The position numbers and the translations under genes were made by a program. Below the pieces are notes generated by a model. It worked only from the letters and a program-made list of their open reading frames with translations, ran no database searches and was not told the origin of the DNA. A stretch of 63,957 bases of DNA, filler included, from Pirum gemmata (taxonomy: Eukaryota): the NCBI GenBank assembly GCA_002812295.1. It is 20 parts of 20 records of this genome, joined end to end, with 100 filler letters (N's around TTAATTAATTAA, not from the genome) between each part and the next. Parts side by side here need not be neighbours in the genome. Positions count along the whole stretch, not along the records: positions 47,789 to 50,864 come from PDIN01003532.1; positions 50,965 to 54,014 come from PDIN01003533.1; positions 54,115 to 57,919 come from PDIN01003534.1; positions 58,020 to 61,124 come from PDIN01003535.1; positions 61,225 to 63,957 come from PDIN01003641.1; 15 more parts are not named here. One strand, 5' to 3'. Below, in pieces: positions 50,455 to 63,957 of this stretch. The stretch's first letter is position 1. Each line of letters opens with the position of its first letter.

Positions 50455-51018
50455 AAAAATACTAGTATTCGATTTCTTATTTTATCATAAATTTCACAGA
50501 AAAATTTCATATATCGTAAATTCGTAATATTATTAAAAAAAAAAAATTGAAAACAGTTTCTAAGTACATGAAAACTTAGTGAAAACTTGTTTATTTTCTA
50601 TTTATCATAAAAAAAGGAAAAATAATTTTATAAACTCTGAAAATAAAGGCTACCTTATATAAACAAAAATAAGAACAGCATTTCGCTTTTTACATTCAAC
50701 TTCTCATAGTATTTTACACATAATTTCAAAGCATGGCTTGGCGTTGTTCTGGGAAATCAAACTCTGAATTGATTAACAATTTATTTGCAGGTAATTCCAC
50801 TGTAATAATAATAATAATAATAATAATAACAATAATAATAACAACAACAATATAATAATAATAANNNNNNNNNNNNNNNNNNNNNNNNNNNNNNNNNNNN
50901 NNNNNNNNTTAATTAATTAANNNNNNNNNNNNNNNNNNNNNNNNNNNNNNNNNNNNNNNNNNNNGACGTTAATTTCTGGTCAAATACCACCTACCTACCT
51001 GCTCCCTAATAGTCTAAT

Positions 51019-51183
51019 ATTGTGCTTTTCATTTATTTTGTTACTTATAATATTTATTTGGTAGATTATAACCTTTTAATAGACAATTCTAAACAAATAA
51101 ATAGCTAATAAAATATACCAAATTAAATAAAATTGATTTATATTAGACTCTAGCTAGTAGTAGTCATCATCATCATTATCATT

Positions 51184-51251
<68 letters not shown>

Positions 51252-51391
51252 TAGTACTATCGATACTGGTAGACTAAGCTACCTACTATGATAGCTACTA
51301 GTAGTGCCAATAGTCTATATCGAAATAATTTATTATCAATATGATATCGATTATTAATATCATAAATTTTATATCGANCATCATCATCATC

Positions 51392-51459
<68 letters not shown>

Positions 51460-53294
51460 CATCATCATTAGTACTATCGATACTGGTAGACTAAGCTACC
51501 TACTATGATAGCTACTAGTAGTGCCAATAGTCTATATCGAAATAATTTATTATCAATATGATATCGATTATTAATATCATAAATTTTATATCGATGACTA
51601 ATATCAATAAGATGGGGTCTATTGTGCTTTTCATTTATATTGTCACAGAGTATTTATTTGGTTGGTTATAATATTAAAAATGACATTTTTAAATGAATAA
51701 ATAGATAATAAAGTGTACCAAATTAAATGAAATGGATTTTATTGAATTAATTTGGTACTCTTTATTGTATATTTTATGATGACAAAACAACATCAATTTA
51801 AATATTATAACCAACCAAATAAATAATTCAGAGTGGCAAAATAAATGAAAAGCATAATAGTAAAAAACAACCAGAGTACTAGCTAGCTAGACTACTATGA
51901 TATGATAGTATTATCTGAAACTACTATGATAACTCTGTATGATAACTACTCTTAATTAACTACTGTAGCTACTATCTCAACACGTCATAAATTTATGCCA
52001 TGGGCATAAATTCATGCCGTTTTTCTGAAAAAAACATCACTTTTTCGATTCGAATCGAAAAAATTTAGACATTTTTCTTTTTGAAAAATAATAAAAAAGA
52101 ATTTTTTTTTTTTCGAAAAAACTGGGATCAATTTAGTACACGAAAAAATTTGCGTCGTAAATTGATTCCAAAAAATTCTGACGGATACTTCTGACCACCA
52201 CTAGCTAGTAGTAGATTTAGTATTGTGCTTTTCATTTATTTTGTCGCTCCGAATTTTTATTTGGTTGTTTATAATATTTAATTGGATAATTTTAAAGAAA
52301 TAAATATATAATAAAATATACCAAATTAAATAAAATAGATTTATATTGTATTAATTTGGGGTCAGGGTTTGGGTTTGGGAAAAGCTTATAATTATTATTA
52401 TTATTATTGTTGTATACTCTTTATTGTATATTTTATTATGTCAAAACAACTGAAACTGATTTTTCAAGATGTTATTATATGGTCTAATTATATATAAAAT
52501 ATATCACTAATCACATTATCTGATGTAATATCGATAGTGGGTTTGTACAGTTCGGATTTCGGGGTTCGCGTTAGAGTTAGGAGTGGTTAGGGTTATTAGA
52601 GTTATAATTAGAGTTTGAGAGCTTTTGCCATGGGCTTAGGGGGGTTAGGGAAAGGGTTAAGGAGGTTATGGTTATTAATTAAGGAGTGTCATTTTAAAGT
52701 GCTTATTTTTAGGGGGTTGAGATTATAATTAATCAGGGCTAGGGTTAGGGTTTAACGTTAAAAGGTTAGGGTTAGGGTTAGGGTTAGGGTTAGGGTTTTA
52801 AAGTTAGGGTTAGGGTTAGGGTTAGGGTTAGGGTTAGGGTAGTTAGGGTTAGGGTAATTAGGGTTAGGGTTAGGGTTAGGGTTAAGGTTAGGGTTATTAA
52901 TTAGGGTTAGGGTTAGGGTTAGGGTTAGAGAGGTTATGGTTATGAGAGAGGGTTTTTTGAAGGTCCTTTAGGGAGTTGGGGAGGATTATTTAGTTTTTTA
53001 AAAGATTATTTTGGTAACGCGTTTAAAATTAAAAGAGGTTATGATTCTCTCAGGGTTATGATTAGGGTTAGGACTAGCTACTACTAGCTAGCCAGGGTTT
53101 CTAAAAAGTAGTGTTTAGTATCATATTGTCATCATAAAATGTACAATAAAGAGTACCAAATTAATACAATATAAATCCATTTCATTTAATTTGGTATATT
53201 TTGTTATATATTTATTTATTTAAAAGTATCAATTTAAATAGTATAAACAACCAAATAAATATTCGGAGTGGCAGAATTAAATGAAAAGCACAAT
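51019..53294. mobile_element. Cluster of five MITE family A copies (51019, 51620, 51795-, 52221, 53126-)
   Basis: Each matches TATTGTGCTTTTCATTTATTTTGTCACTC...; copies occur in both orientations. Confidence 0.8.
52735..52930 (+). repeat. Interstitial (TTAGGG)n array
   Basis: Mid-contig and flanked by non-telomeric sequence on both sides. Confidence 0.92.
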
Positions 53295-54261
53295 ATTTTT
53301 TTTTTTACCTATACGTAACATAATATAGTAGGGGTGAGATATCTATTGGAACTTTTTTCGAACAGATGCTTATCGAGCCAACCTTAGTTCCGTGTTCCTT
53401 ACTAATAATAGCAGTTAAATAGCTTATATTAACATTAATAGTAATAAAAACCATAAAAAACGGAAAAGTTCTGGCAGCTGTTCGGTAATAATAAAATGAC
53501 GTCATCTCACCCCTACTCATAATATGCATAAAAAAAAAAATATGGGTTCGCTTGAAAAAAAATAATGAAAATAACGGGCTTTTCGAAATAGTAGTAGGGA
53601 GCGCTGGAGCGTTCAAATAATACGTCACGTCAGAAATTTACGTCGAGGGATAGGTAGGTAGGGGTATTTGAAGATGTATTTGACTGGAGATTGGCGTTAC
53701 ATTAGGGGCTAATATTTGAAAGCTTCCCTATTTTTTTTCTTTTTTTTTTTTTGGAGAGTTCACTTTATGATCAAAAAGCTCAGTATGGACAATTTCCTAT
53801 TATTCCTAACCTAATTGAAATTCATTGAATCCTGATGATTTTTTTTTTGTCTCTATAAATAGATTTATGGCCATATTTGGTGGAGTGGGTACACACTCTC
53901 AGAATCTGTAGATTCTGTAGTCTACTCTTTATTATTATTATTATCGTGATAGTTATTATTATTGTGCTTAATTTTCATTTATTTTGTCACTCTGAATATT
54001 TATTTGGTTGGTTANNNNNNNNNNNNNNNNNNNNNNNNNNNNNNNNNNNNNNNNNNNNTTAATTAATTAANNNNNNNNNNNNNNNNNNNNNNNNNNNNNN
54101 NNNNNNNNNNNNNNTTAACCTAGGATTATATATATATATGTTTTTCCTAATATTTATTTATTCATAATTTCAAGTAATTTTTATTAAAGTTGATTACGAA
54201 GACTATATAATAAATTCCGGTATTGAAAAAAAAAATATCAATACCAAATAAATGCGAATTA

Positions 54262-54420
54262 AAATTCCAATACTTCTAATCGGGGTAGTATTAAAGTTGG
54301 GGAGTGGGATGTGGTAGAGAAAATTTTCCTGGAGTTTATGTGGCCATACATAAAATTCTTGATTGGTTACAGAAATATATTCCAGAAGAATCGTTTCAAA
54401 AATTAGACAGGATTTTAACA
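54262..54420 (+). pseudogene. Trypsin-like (S1) serine protease C-terminal fragment, frameshifted
   Basis: LLIGVV-[4-nt insertion TTAA at 54291-54294]-SWGVGCGRENFPGVYVAIHKILDWLQ matches the LxGxVSWGxGCG....PGVY......WI motif. Confidence 0.8.
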
Positions 54421-54784
54421 CCTTTTATATATTATTTTTGTTTTATAATGTTTATACCTTCATATCCAATACATATGTTGGATCATCTGACTTCGTTGTA
54501 TATGTTTATATTATATTTAAATTATATATATATACAGTTATTAAAACTTTATTTTTTATTTTTGTTTTATTATTTTATATTTTTATACCTAGACACATGT
54601 TGTCACGTGACTTAGTTGTCATAACTACTACGACTATCATACAACAACAACAACAACAATAATAATAATAATAAACAAGATAATATAATTTGAAAAATTC
54701 AGGCTTCCTCATCACTAATTTCTTTTGGCGATTGTTTAAATATTTGTTTGGCCGAATTAGAAAAAATAGTAAATTAATATCTTT

Positions 54785-54817
<33 letters not shown>

Positions 54818-54891
54818 GTAGTAGTAGTAGTAATAGTAGTAGTAGTATTAGTATTAGTGGTGGTGGTAGTAGTAGTATTAGTTGTAGTAGC

Positions 54892-54989
<98 letters not shown>

Positions 54990-55108
54990 NTTATTGTTTT
55001 AAAAAAAAATATTTGGTTAAGTACTATGACAATTATATAAATGCCAATGGATTTTTAATAGTAAAAAACACTCTTTGTAATTTTTTTTTTTTCCAAAGTG
55101 TGACGACT

Positions 55109-57919
<2,811 letters not shown>

Positions 57920-58227
57920 NNNNNNNNNNNNNNNNNNNNNNNNNNNNNNNNNNNNNNNNNNNNTTAATTAATTAANNNNNNNNNNNNNNNNNNNNNNNNN
58001 NNNNNNNNNNNNNNNNNNNATAATAATAATAATAATATTTTAATAATAATAATAATAATAATAAAACCTAAATATAACCTCAATCGTACTAACCCAAACC
58101 ATTCCAAACCCTTGTTGCTAGCTAGGATCCTAACCCTAACCCTAACCCTAACCCTATCCCTACTCCTAACTATCAGATATAGTCTACTAAGATACTTGTA
58201 TTAATAGCAACCTGTCCCATTATATCG

Positions 58228-60170
58228 AAAAAAGAGAAATATATGTATTTTTGTGTTTTATGAACTTATACTTTTTATTTACAACATAATTTTTTAGACT
58301 TTTATAAATTTATACTTTCTCTTTCATACACATATAAGCTTTACACTCTGCTTATATACCTTTCTGAAAACTAACTATTACATAATCCACAATGTTCTGG
58401 AACATTCTAAATAATAGTTTACAAACACAAATTATTATTATTACATAATCAATCTGTAAGATATCAAACATTAAAATCATACACTTTAAATTTGACTTAA
58501 AAGTTTAATTCAATCATAGCTAAATAAATAAGCTCGATTTAAAATAATAATTTCGAGAATAAATGTATATTCAATCGCCCAGTCATATTATAATACCACG
58601 CAGTCGGAACATTGAGATTTCACACTATTTTACCACAATACACCCCGAGGCCCATGTATTCACTAAACTATTCATTTTGCCTATACCAACCTTAACTTAT
58701 TTCACAGTATTATACTATTTTAACACTCTCAATTATTATATATGCTCGGTTATAACCTTTCTCTCAGTTCACAGTCATTTTTTCTGGAGCAATTCCCCAA
58801 TTAACCTACTTACTTAAGCACATACCTTTTACCACTATATCAAACCACTCACGTTTCCAACTTGGTAACAACAATACACGGCATAACTACGAATATCAAT
58901 TTCGAATCCCATACCAATTATTACACACTAATTGATCCATATATATTCAACCCATGACATCACACTATTTCCTGCTCATATTTTACCAATGTCTTCCACT
59001 TTTGATCTCACATCGATATCATTAAACACAACTGTATCAGGATTGTTACCACTCCTTTACTCTCCAGAAGCTCAATTAACAATGTCCACCTAATTGCCTT
59101 TTATTACCATTTACAACTAAATTCTTTATAAACCTAGCTTTCCACAATCTTCCTTCACCTATTCATTCACGAATTTGGTATTCACAATTATTACTATTCA
59201 CGATGTCGTTATCGTTATCACACCCCTAATTCTATAATCTAGCATTGACTTTTTCACTCTTTTGTCATTACCACAAATAACCTATATTACAACAATATTC
59301 ATATCTTCAGCAATCTACATGGTACTACAAGAAAAAAATTCACAATCCAATGATCTTGTCACTAACGCTCCTCTTCAGTTATTTTGTTCCTTTTAGATAA
59401 GCTAATACTAATACCACGAGCTTTGTTGCTTTCCTTCTAACCATTAGCCATAACTTTATATAGCTTGAACCACATCCATTGCTATTATTATCTCGCCCTT
59501 ATGATCCTTTAATACTATGTGTATAGATCTAAATTTTATCTCAAACCACATAACTAAGCGTTATAACGTCGCATATATGCCAGTTATATCCTATGGAGCC
59601 CTCCAGTTTACCTCATACTGCGTTTCATAGCACAACCAACAACGAATGCTTTCGTAATCCTCTTGATATTCTCGCATTTGCTTTCATTCACATCCAGCTT
59701 ATTTGTACATATTAATACTCGTTTTCTCTTTGTCCAGCTGCTCCATCTATTTGTTCCGTCATTTTGCTTAATGATATTTTAAAAAGAGAAATATATGTAT
59801 TTTTGTGTTTTATGAATTTATTAATATACTTTTATTTATTAATACAACATTTTTAGACTTTTATAAATTTATGCTCTCTCTTTCATACACACATAAGCTT
59901 TACACTTTGCTGATAATATTATACCTTTCTGAAAACTAACTGCTACATAAACCACAATGTTCTGGAACATTCTAAATAATCATTTACAAATACAAAATAT
60001 TATTATTACATAATCAATCTGGAAGATATCAAACATGAAATCATACACTTAAACTTAATTTAATCATAGCTAAATAAATAAGCTCGACGTAAAATAATAG
60101 TTTCGAGAATAAATGTATATTCATTCGCCCAATCATATTACCACGCAGTCGGAACATTGACATTTCACCA
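58228..60170 (-). mobile_element. Decayed element with ~390-bp direct repeats (58228-58622 and 59783-60168); possible non-LTR retroelement relic
   Basis: The direct repeats are seen directly. The interior is strand-skewed with stop-riddled frames. MFRLRG...GR(L/M)NIHLF resembles LINE ORF2 C-termini (weak). Confidence 0.4.
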
Positions 60171-60289
60171 CACAACCCTTCTAAAATTAGGGTAGGGTTG
60201 GAGTTGTGGTTAGAGTTAATCCTAAGTAGAACCACCCTTACCTATGATGCAGGCATTTGCCAACGTTTTTACTAGCTGGGAGTTGATAC

Positions 60290-60600
60290 TGACCCTAACC
60301 CTAACCCTAACCCTAATTTATAACCTTAATTAAAACCCTAACCATAACCCTAAACCTAACCGTAACCCTAACCCTAACCCTAACCCTAACCCTAACCCTA
60401 ACCCTAACCCTAACCCTAACCCTAACCCTAATCTTAATTAATTATAACCCTAATAATATATTAATAATAACTTGTAACCCTGATTTTTATAACCCTAACC
60501 CTAATTACCTGCCTTAACCCTAACCCTAATTACCTGCTTTAACCCTAACCCTAATTTATAATCCTATAGTCCTAGTCTCAGTCCTAACTCTAACCCTAAC
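60290..60600 (-). repeat. Interstitial (CCCTAA)n array
   Basis: Visible directly. Confidence 0.92.
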
Positions 60601-61224
60601 TATCGATCCTCAGTACTAGTAAATAAATGTCTAACTAGTAAATTTGAGTTGGTAAATAACCCTAACTCTATACTATAGACTATAATTATAAATGCTTAGA
60701 AGATGTCTACCATCTAGCTCTGAGTTCCTAACACTTTCGAATTCCTAACTCCAAGGCTGACAAGCTGTAGAACTGCTGTAGGTATATATTGTATAATGTC
60801 ATAGAGAATGCTCGAGTATCTGGTATCTTATGATAAATTATGTTCTATATAATAATAATAATAATTCAATATTAATAATAATGAATAATAATTAACAATA
60901 ATTAATAATAATTGTAATAATAATAGTATAATAATAATAATGGTAATTATGATAATAACGATATAATAATATTACTGATATCGATAATACTGGTAATAAA
61001 ATTTAATTAATTAAATGATAATAAAATAATATTTTTATATTTTAATAATGATAATAATGATAATGAAAATTATAATAATTATAATAATGATAATAATAAT
61101 AATAACAATAATAATATTAATATANNNNNNNNNNNNNNNNNNNNNNNNNNNNNNNNNNNNNNNNNNNNTTAATTAATTAANNNNNNNNNNNNNNNNNNNN
61201 NNNNNNNNNNNNNNNNNNNNNNNN

Positions 61225-62190
61225 TGTTAAGACTTATTAGTAATCAGTATATGTAGTAGTTATCAAAGTTACTGGTTAGTACTAATACTAAATTTATTAA
61301 TTATTAATAATTAACAATAATTCATAATTGATGATGATTAGTAATCAATGATTAATAATTAATGTTATTAATTCATTTTTGATATTAAGACTTCACGCTT
61401 ACTTTAGAAAAACGAACAAACTACAACTATAAATTGATAATTATTATTATCAGTATGTTAGTTAGGATGAGTGGTAATTATTAGGGTTATTAATTAGTAT
61501 TAATACTAATTATTAGTAATTAGTAATTAGTTATTAGTTATTAGTAATTAGTAATTAGTAATTAGTAATTAGTAATTAGTAATTAGTAATTAGTAATTAG
61601 TAATTAGTAATTAGTAATTAGTAATTGATATTGCTTATTAAGACCCCAAGAGTTTATGAAAAATTAACAACCTACCTCTATAATATATTGTTAAGAGTTA
61701 TTATTCGTAATTAGTACGTGTAATAGTTATTAATGTTACTAGTTAGTGCTAATAATAATTCGTATTAATAATTAATAATTAATAATTGATAATTTGATAA
61801 TTGATGATTAGTAATTAATAATAAGTGTTAGTACTTCATTTTGCTATTAACAACTTCACTCTTTAGAAAAACGAGTAATCTACAACTATAAATTGACCAT
61901 TATTATTATTAACAGTATGTTAATTAGAATGAGTGGTAATTATATTATAAGGCTTATTAATTAATATTAATACTAATTAGTAGTGATTAGTAATTAGTAG
62001 TTAGTAATTAGTAATTAGTAATTAGTAATTAGTAATTAGTAATTGGTAATTGGTAATTGGTAATTGGTAATTGGTAATTGGTAATTGGTAATTAGTATTT
62101 AGTATTTAGTAATTGATATTGATTATTAAGACCGAGTTTATTGAAAACTAACAACCTATCACTATATATTGTTAATAGTCATTATTAGAG
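61225..62190. repeat. Tandem duplication of a ~465-480 bp unit containing (TAATTAG)n
   Basis: Units start TGTTAAGA at 61225 and 61689, with a third start near 62170. Shared motifs include CTTTAGAAAAACGA and GAGTGGTAATTAT. Confidence 0.85.
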
Positions 62191-62273
62191 AGTCACTTTA
62201 ATAAATTGATTTATTTATTTATATTAATTTTTTTTTTTTAATATTATTATTTTAAAAAAAAAAATACTATGCG

Positions 62274-63669
62274 TCACACATAAAGTTTTACACTTTTACA
62301 TAAATACATTAACATCTCATCACTTGCACTGCGAGTTAACGCCATTTCCAAAGCTTTTGCGCTACAACCTTCTGTTCTATTCTCATACAAAAACCTAACA
62401 ATATCAATAAGCCCCTTACTAGCAGCATAATCCATAGCATAACCTGTACATGATAATGACAATGACAATGACAATGACAATGATAACGATGATGATAACG
62501 ATGATGATAATGATGATGATAATGATAATGATAATGATAATGATGATGATAATGATAATGATAATGATAATGATAATGATAATGATAATGATAATGATAA
62601 TGATAATGATAATGATAATGATAATGATAATGATAATGATAATGATAATGATAATGATAATGATAATGATAATGATAATGATACCTGTACAACCCTCACT
62701 TCTATGCTTATGCAAATACTTTACGATTGCGAGGTGCCCGTTGTTAGATGCTTGGTCCATAGCAAAAGTTGTACAACCTTCTTTCCGGTTTTGATCTAAA
62801 AATTTGACAATTTCTAAACGCCCACTGCGTGCAGCGGAGTCTAAGCAATATTTTGTGCAACCTTCACTTCGATTAAAATGAAGGAATTTGATAATTGCAA
62901 GATGGCCATTTTGGGCGGCGTAATCCATTGCGTCCATTGTCATTCCTTCGTTTCTAGATTCGTGTAGAAATTTCACTACGTCTAAATGACCCTTGCGAGC
63001 GGCAAAATCCATCGCACGGTATGTAAAACATTTGAGTTGATAATCAGCAGCGTTGTTATTGTTATCGTTATCGTTATCGTTATCGTTATTATCGTCATAA
63101 TCTTGGTTACTGACACTATTGCTATTGCTACTGATTCCTGGGTCATCATGATTGTTATTGGTATTGGTATTAATATTATAGGTATAGGTATTGGTATTAT
63201 AGGTATAGGTATTGGTGTTGATGTTGGTGTTGGTGTTGGTAATGTTATTGTTATTGTTACTATTATGGGTGCTGACGTTGTTGTTATCGAAAGAACGAAG
63301 CAAAGATAAAAAATCATCATCGTTTAATCTATTACCGATCCTATTACTTTTACTTTTACTTTGTTGACGCCGATGCTGTTTGTGTAATTGTTGACAAAAT
63401 TTCTTATTGCTTCCAATCTTATTTAGAAAGGTATGAAAAAACTTCACTACTTCTAAAGATCCAACTGCCGCAGCATAATCATAAGCATTTAGAGTGGTGT
63501 CAATTATAGCAAACTGTTGTGTTTCAATCATATTAAATAACACTTCTTCACTTAAAAGTTGAAGTACCCATACTTGGTCGAGTTGAATGATTGATTTTAA
63601 ATTCCAAGTCCATTTCAAAACTTCTCTACGAAGAAAGTCTATTTGAAATATGTTAGGACCCTGTGACAT
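62274..63669 (-). CDS. Ankyrin-repeat protein (AMD.AA..GHL.VVKFLH.NR.EGCT type); exons 63669-62685 and 62443-62274
   Basis: About 6 repeats such as AMDYAAQNGHLAIIKFLHFNRSEGCT. Removing the GT-AG intron 62684-62444 joins EGCT-G-YAMDYAAS in frame. Confidence 0.92.
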
Positions 63670-63809
63670 TATTTTATTTAATTACTTAATATTTGTTTAC
63701 TTGTTATTTATGGTTTTATGGTTTTGTGGTTTTTTTATTTTATGACTTCAATATTTTATTATTTTATTATTTTATTATTTTATTATTATTACTATTTTTA
63801 TTATTTTTA

Positions 63810-63846
<37 letters not shown>

Positions 63847-63957
63847 TCTATTATTTTTATTACTTTTATTATTGTATTACATAAGTAAAGAATATGTGAA
63901 AATGTTAAATAAATAAAAGAATAAAAGAATTTATTATTGATATTATTATTATTATTA

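Noticed and set aside
51170..51595. Exact ~200-bp tandem duplication
   Set aside because: The copies are identical apart from the (CAT)n tract and separated by a single N, typical of an unmerged scaffold overlap. The identity of 44582-44775 with 45598-45790 next to the N at 45791 is similarly suspect.

Overview
This window is not contiguous genome. It is 20 short contigs (about 3.0-3.8 kb) joined by 19 artificial 100-bp linkers (44 N + TTAATTAATTAA + 44 N), so gene neighbourhood across linkers is meaningless. The DNA comes from an extremely AT-rich, microsatellite-rich eukaryote with GT-AG introns, the standard genetic code and abundant interstitial (TTAGGG)n-type repeats; the taxon cannot be fixed from sequence alone. 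Supported genes or exons: the C-terminal half of an ABCA transporter; two paralogous vWA + thrombospondin-1 type I membrane adhesins with NPLF tails; an intronless Pol-beta-fold nucleotidyltransferase-like protein; a DUF1415-like gene missed by the ORF track; a MOB-family last exon; a multi-exon Cys-rich repeat surface protein; asparagine synthetase exon 1; an S/D/E/K-repeat phosphoprotein; a PHO80/PCL-type cyclin with polyQ tracts; a two-exon ankyrin-repeat protein; and a few unknown ORFs. Relics include a piggyBac-like transposase, a frameshifted trypsin fragment and possible hAT and non-LTR fragments. At least four MITE or foldback families and several tandem repeats fill the intergenic space. 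The most interesting signals are the TRAP/MIC2- and SibA-like adhesin pair, the nucleotidyltransferase, a microsatellite intron bounded by a 9-bp direct repeat, and pervasive TA-centred palindromic micro-insertions. All family assignments are from motif recognition by eye; no database search was run.
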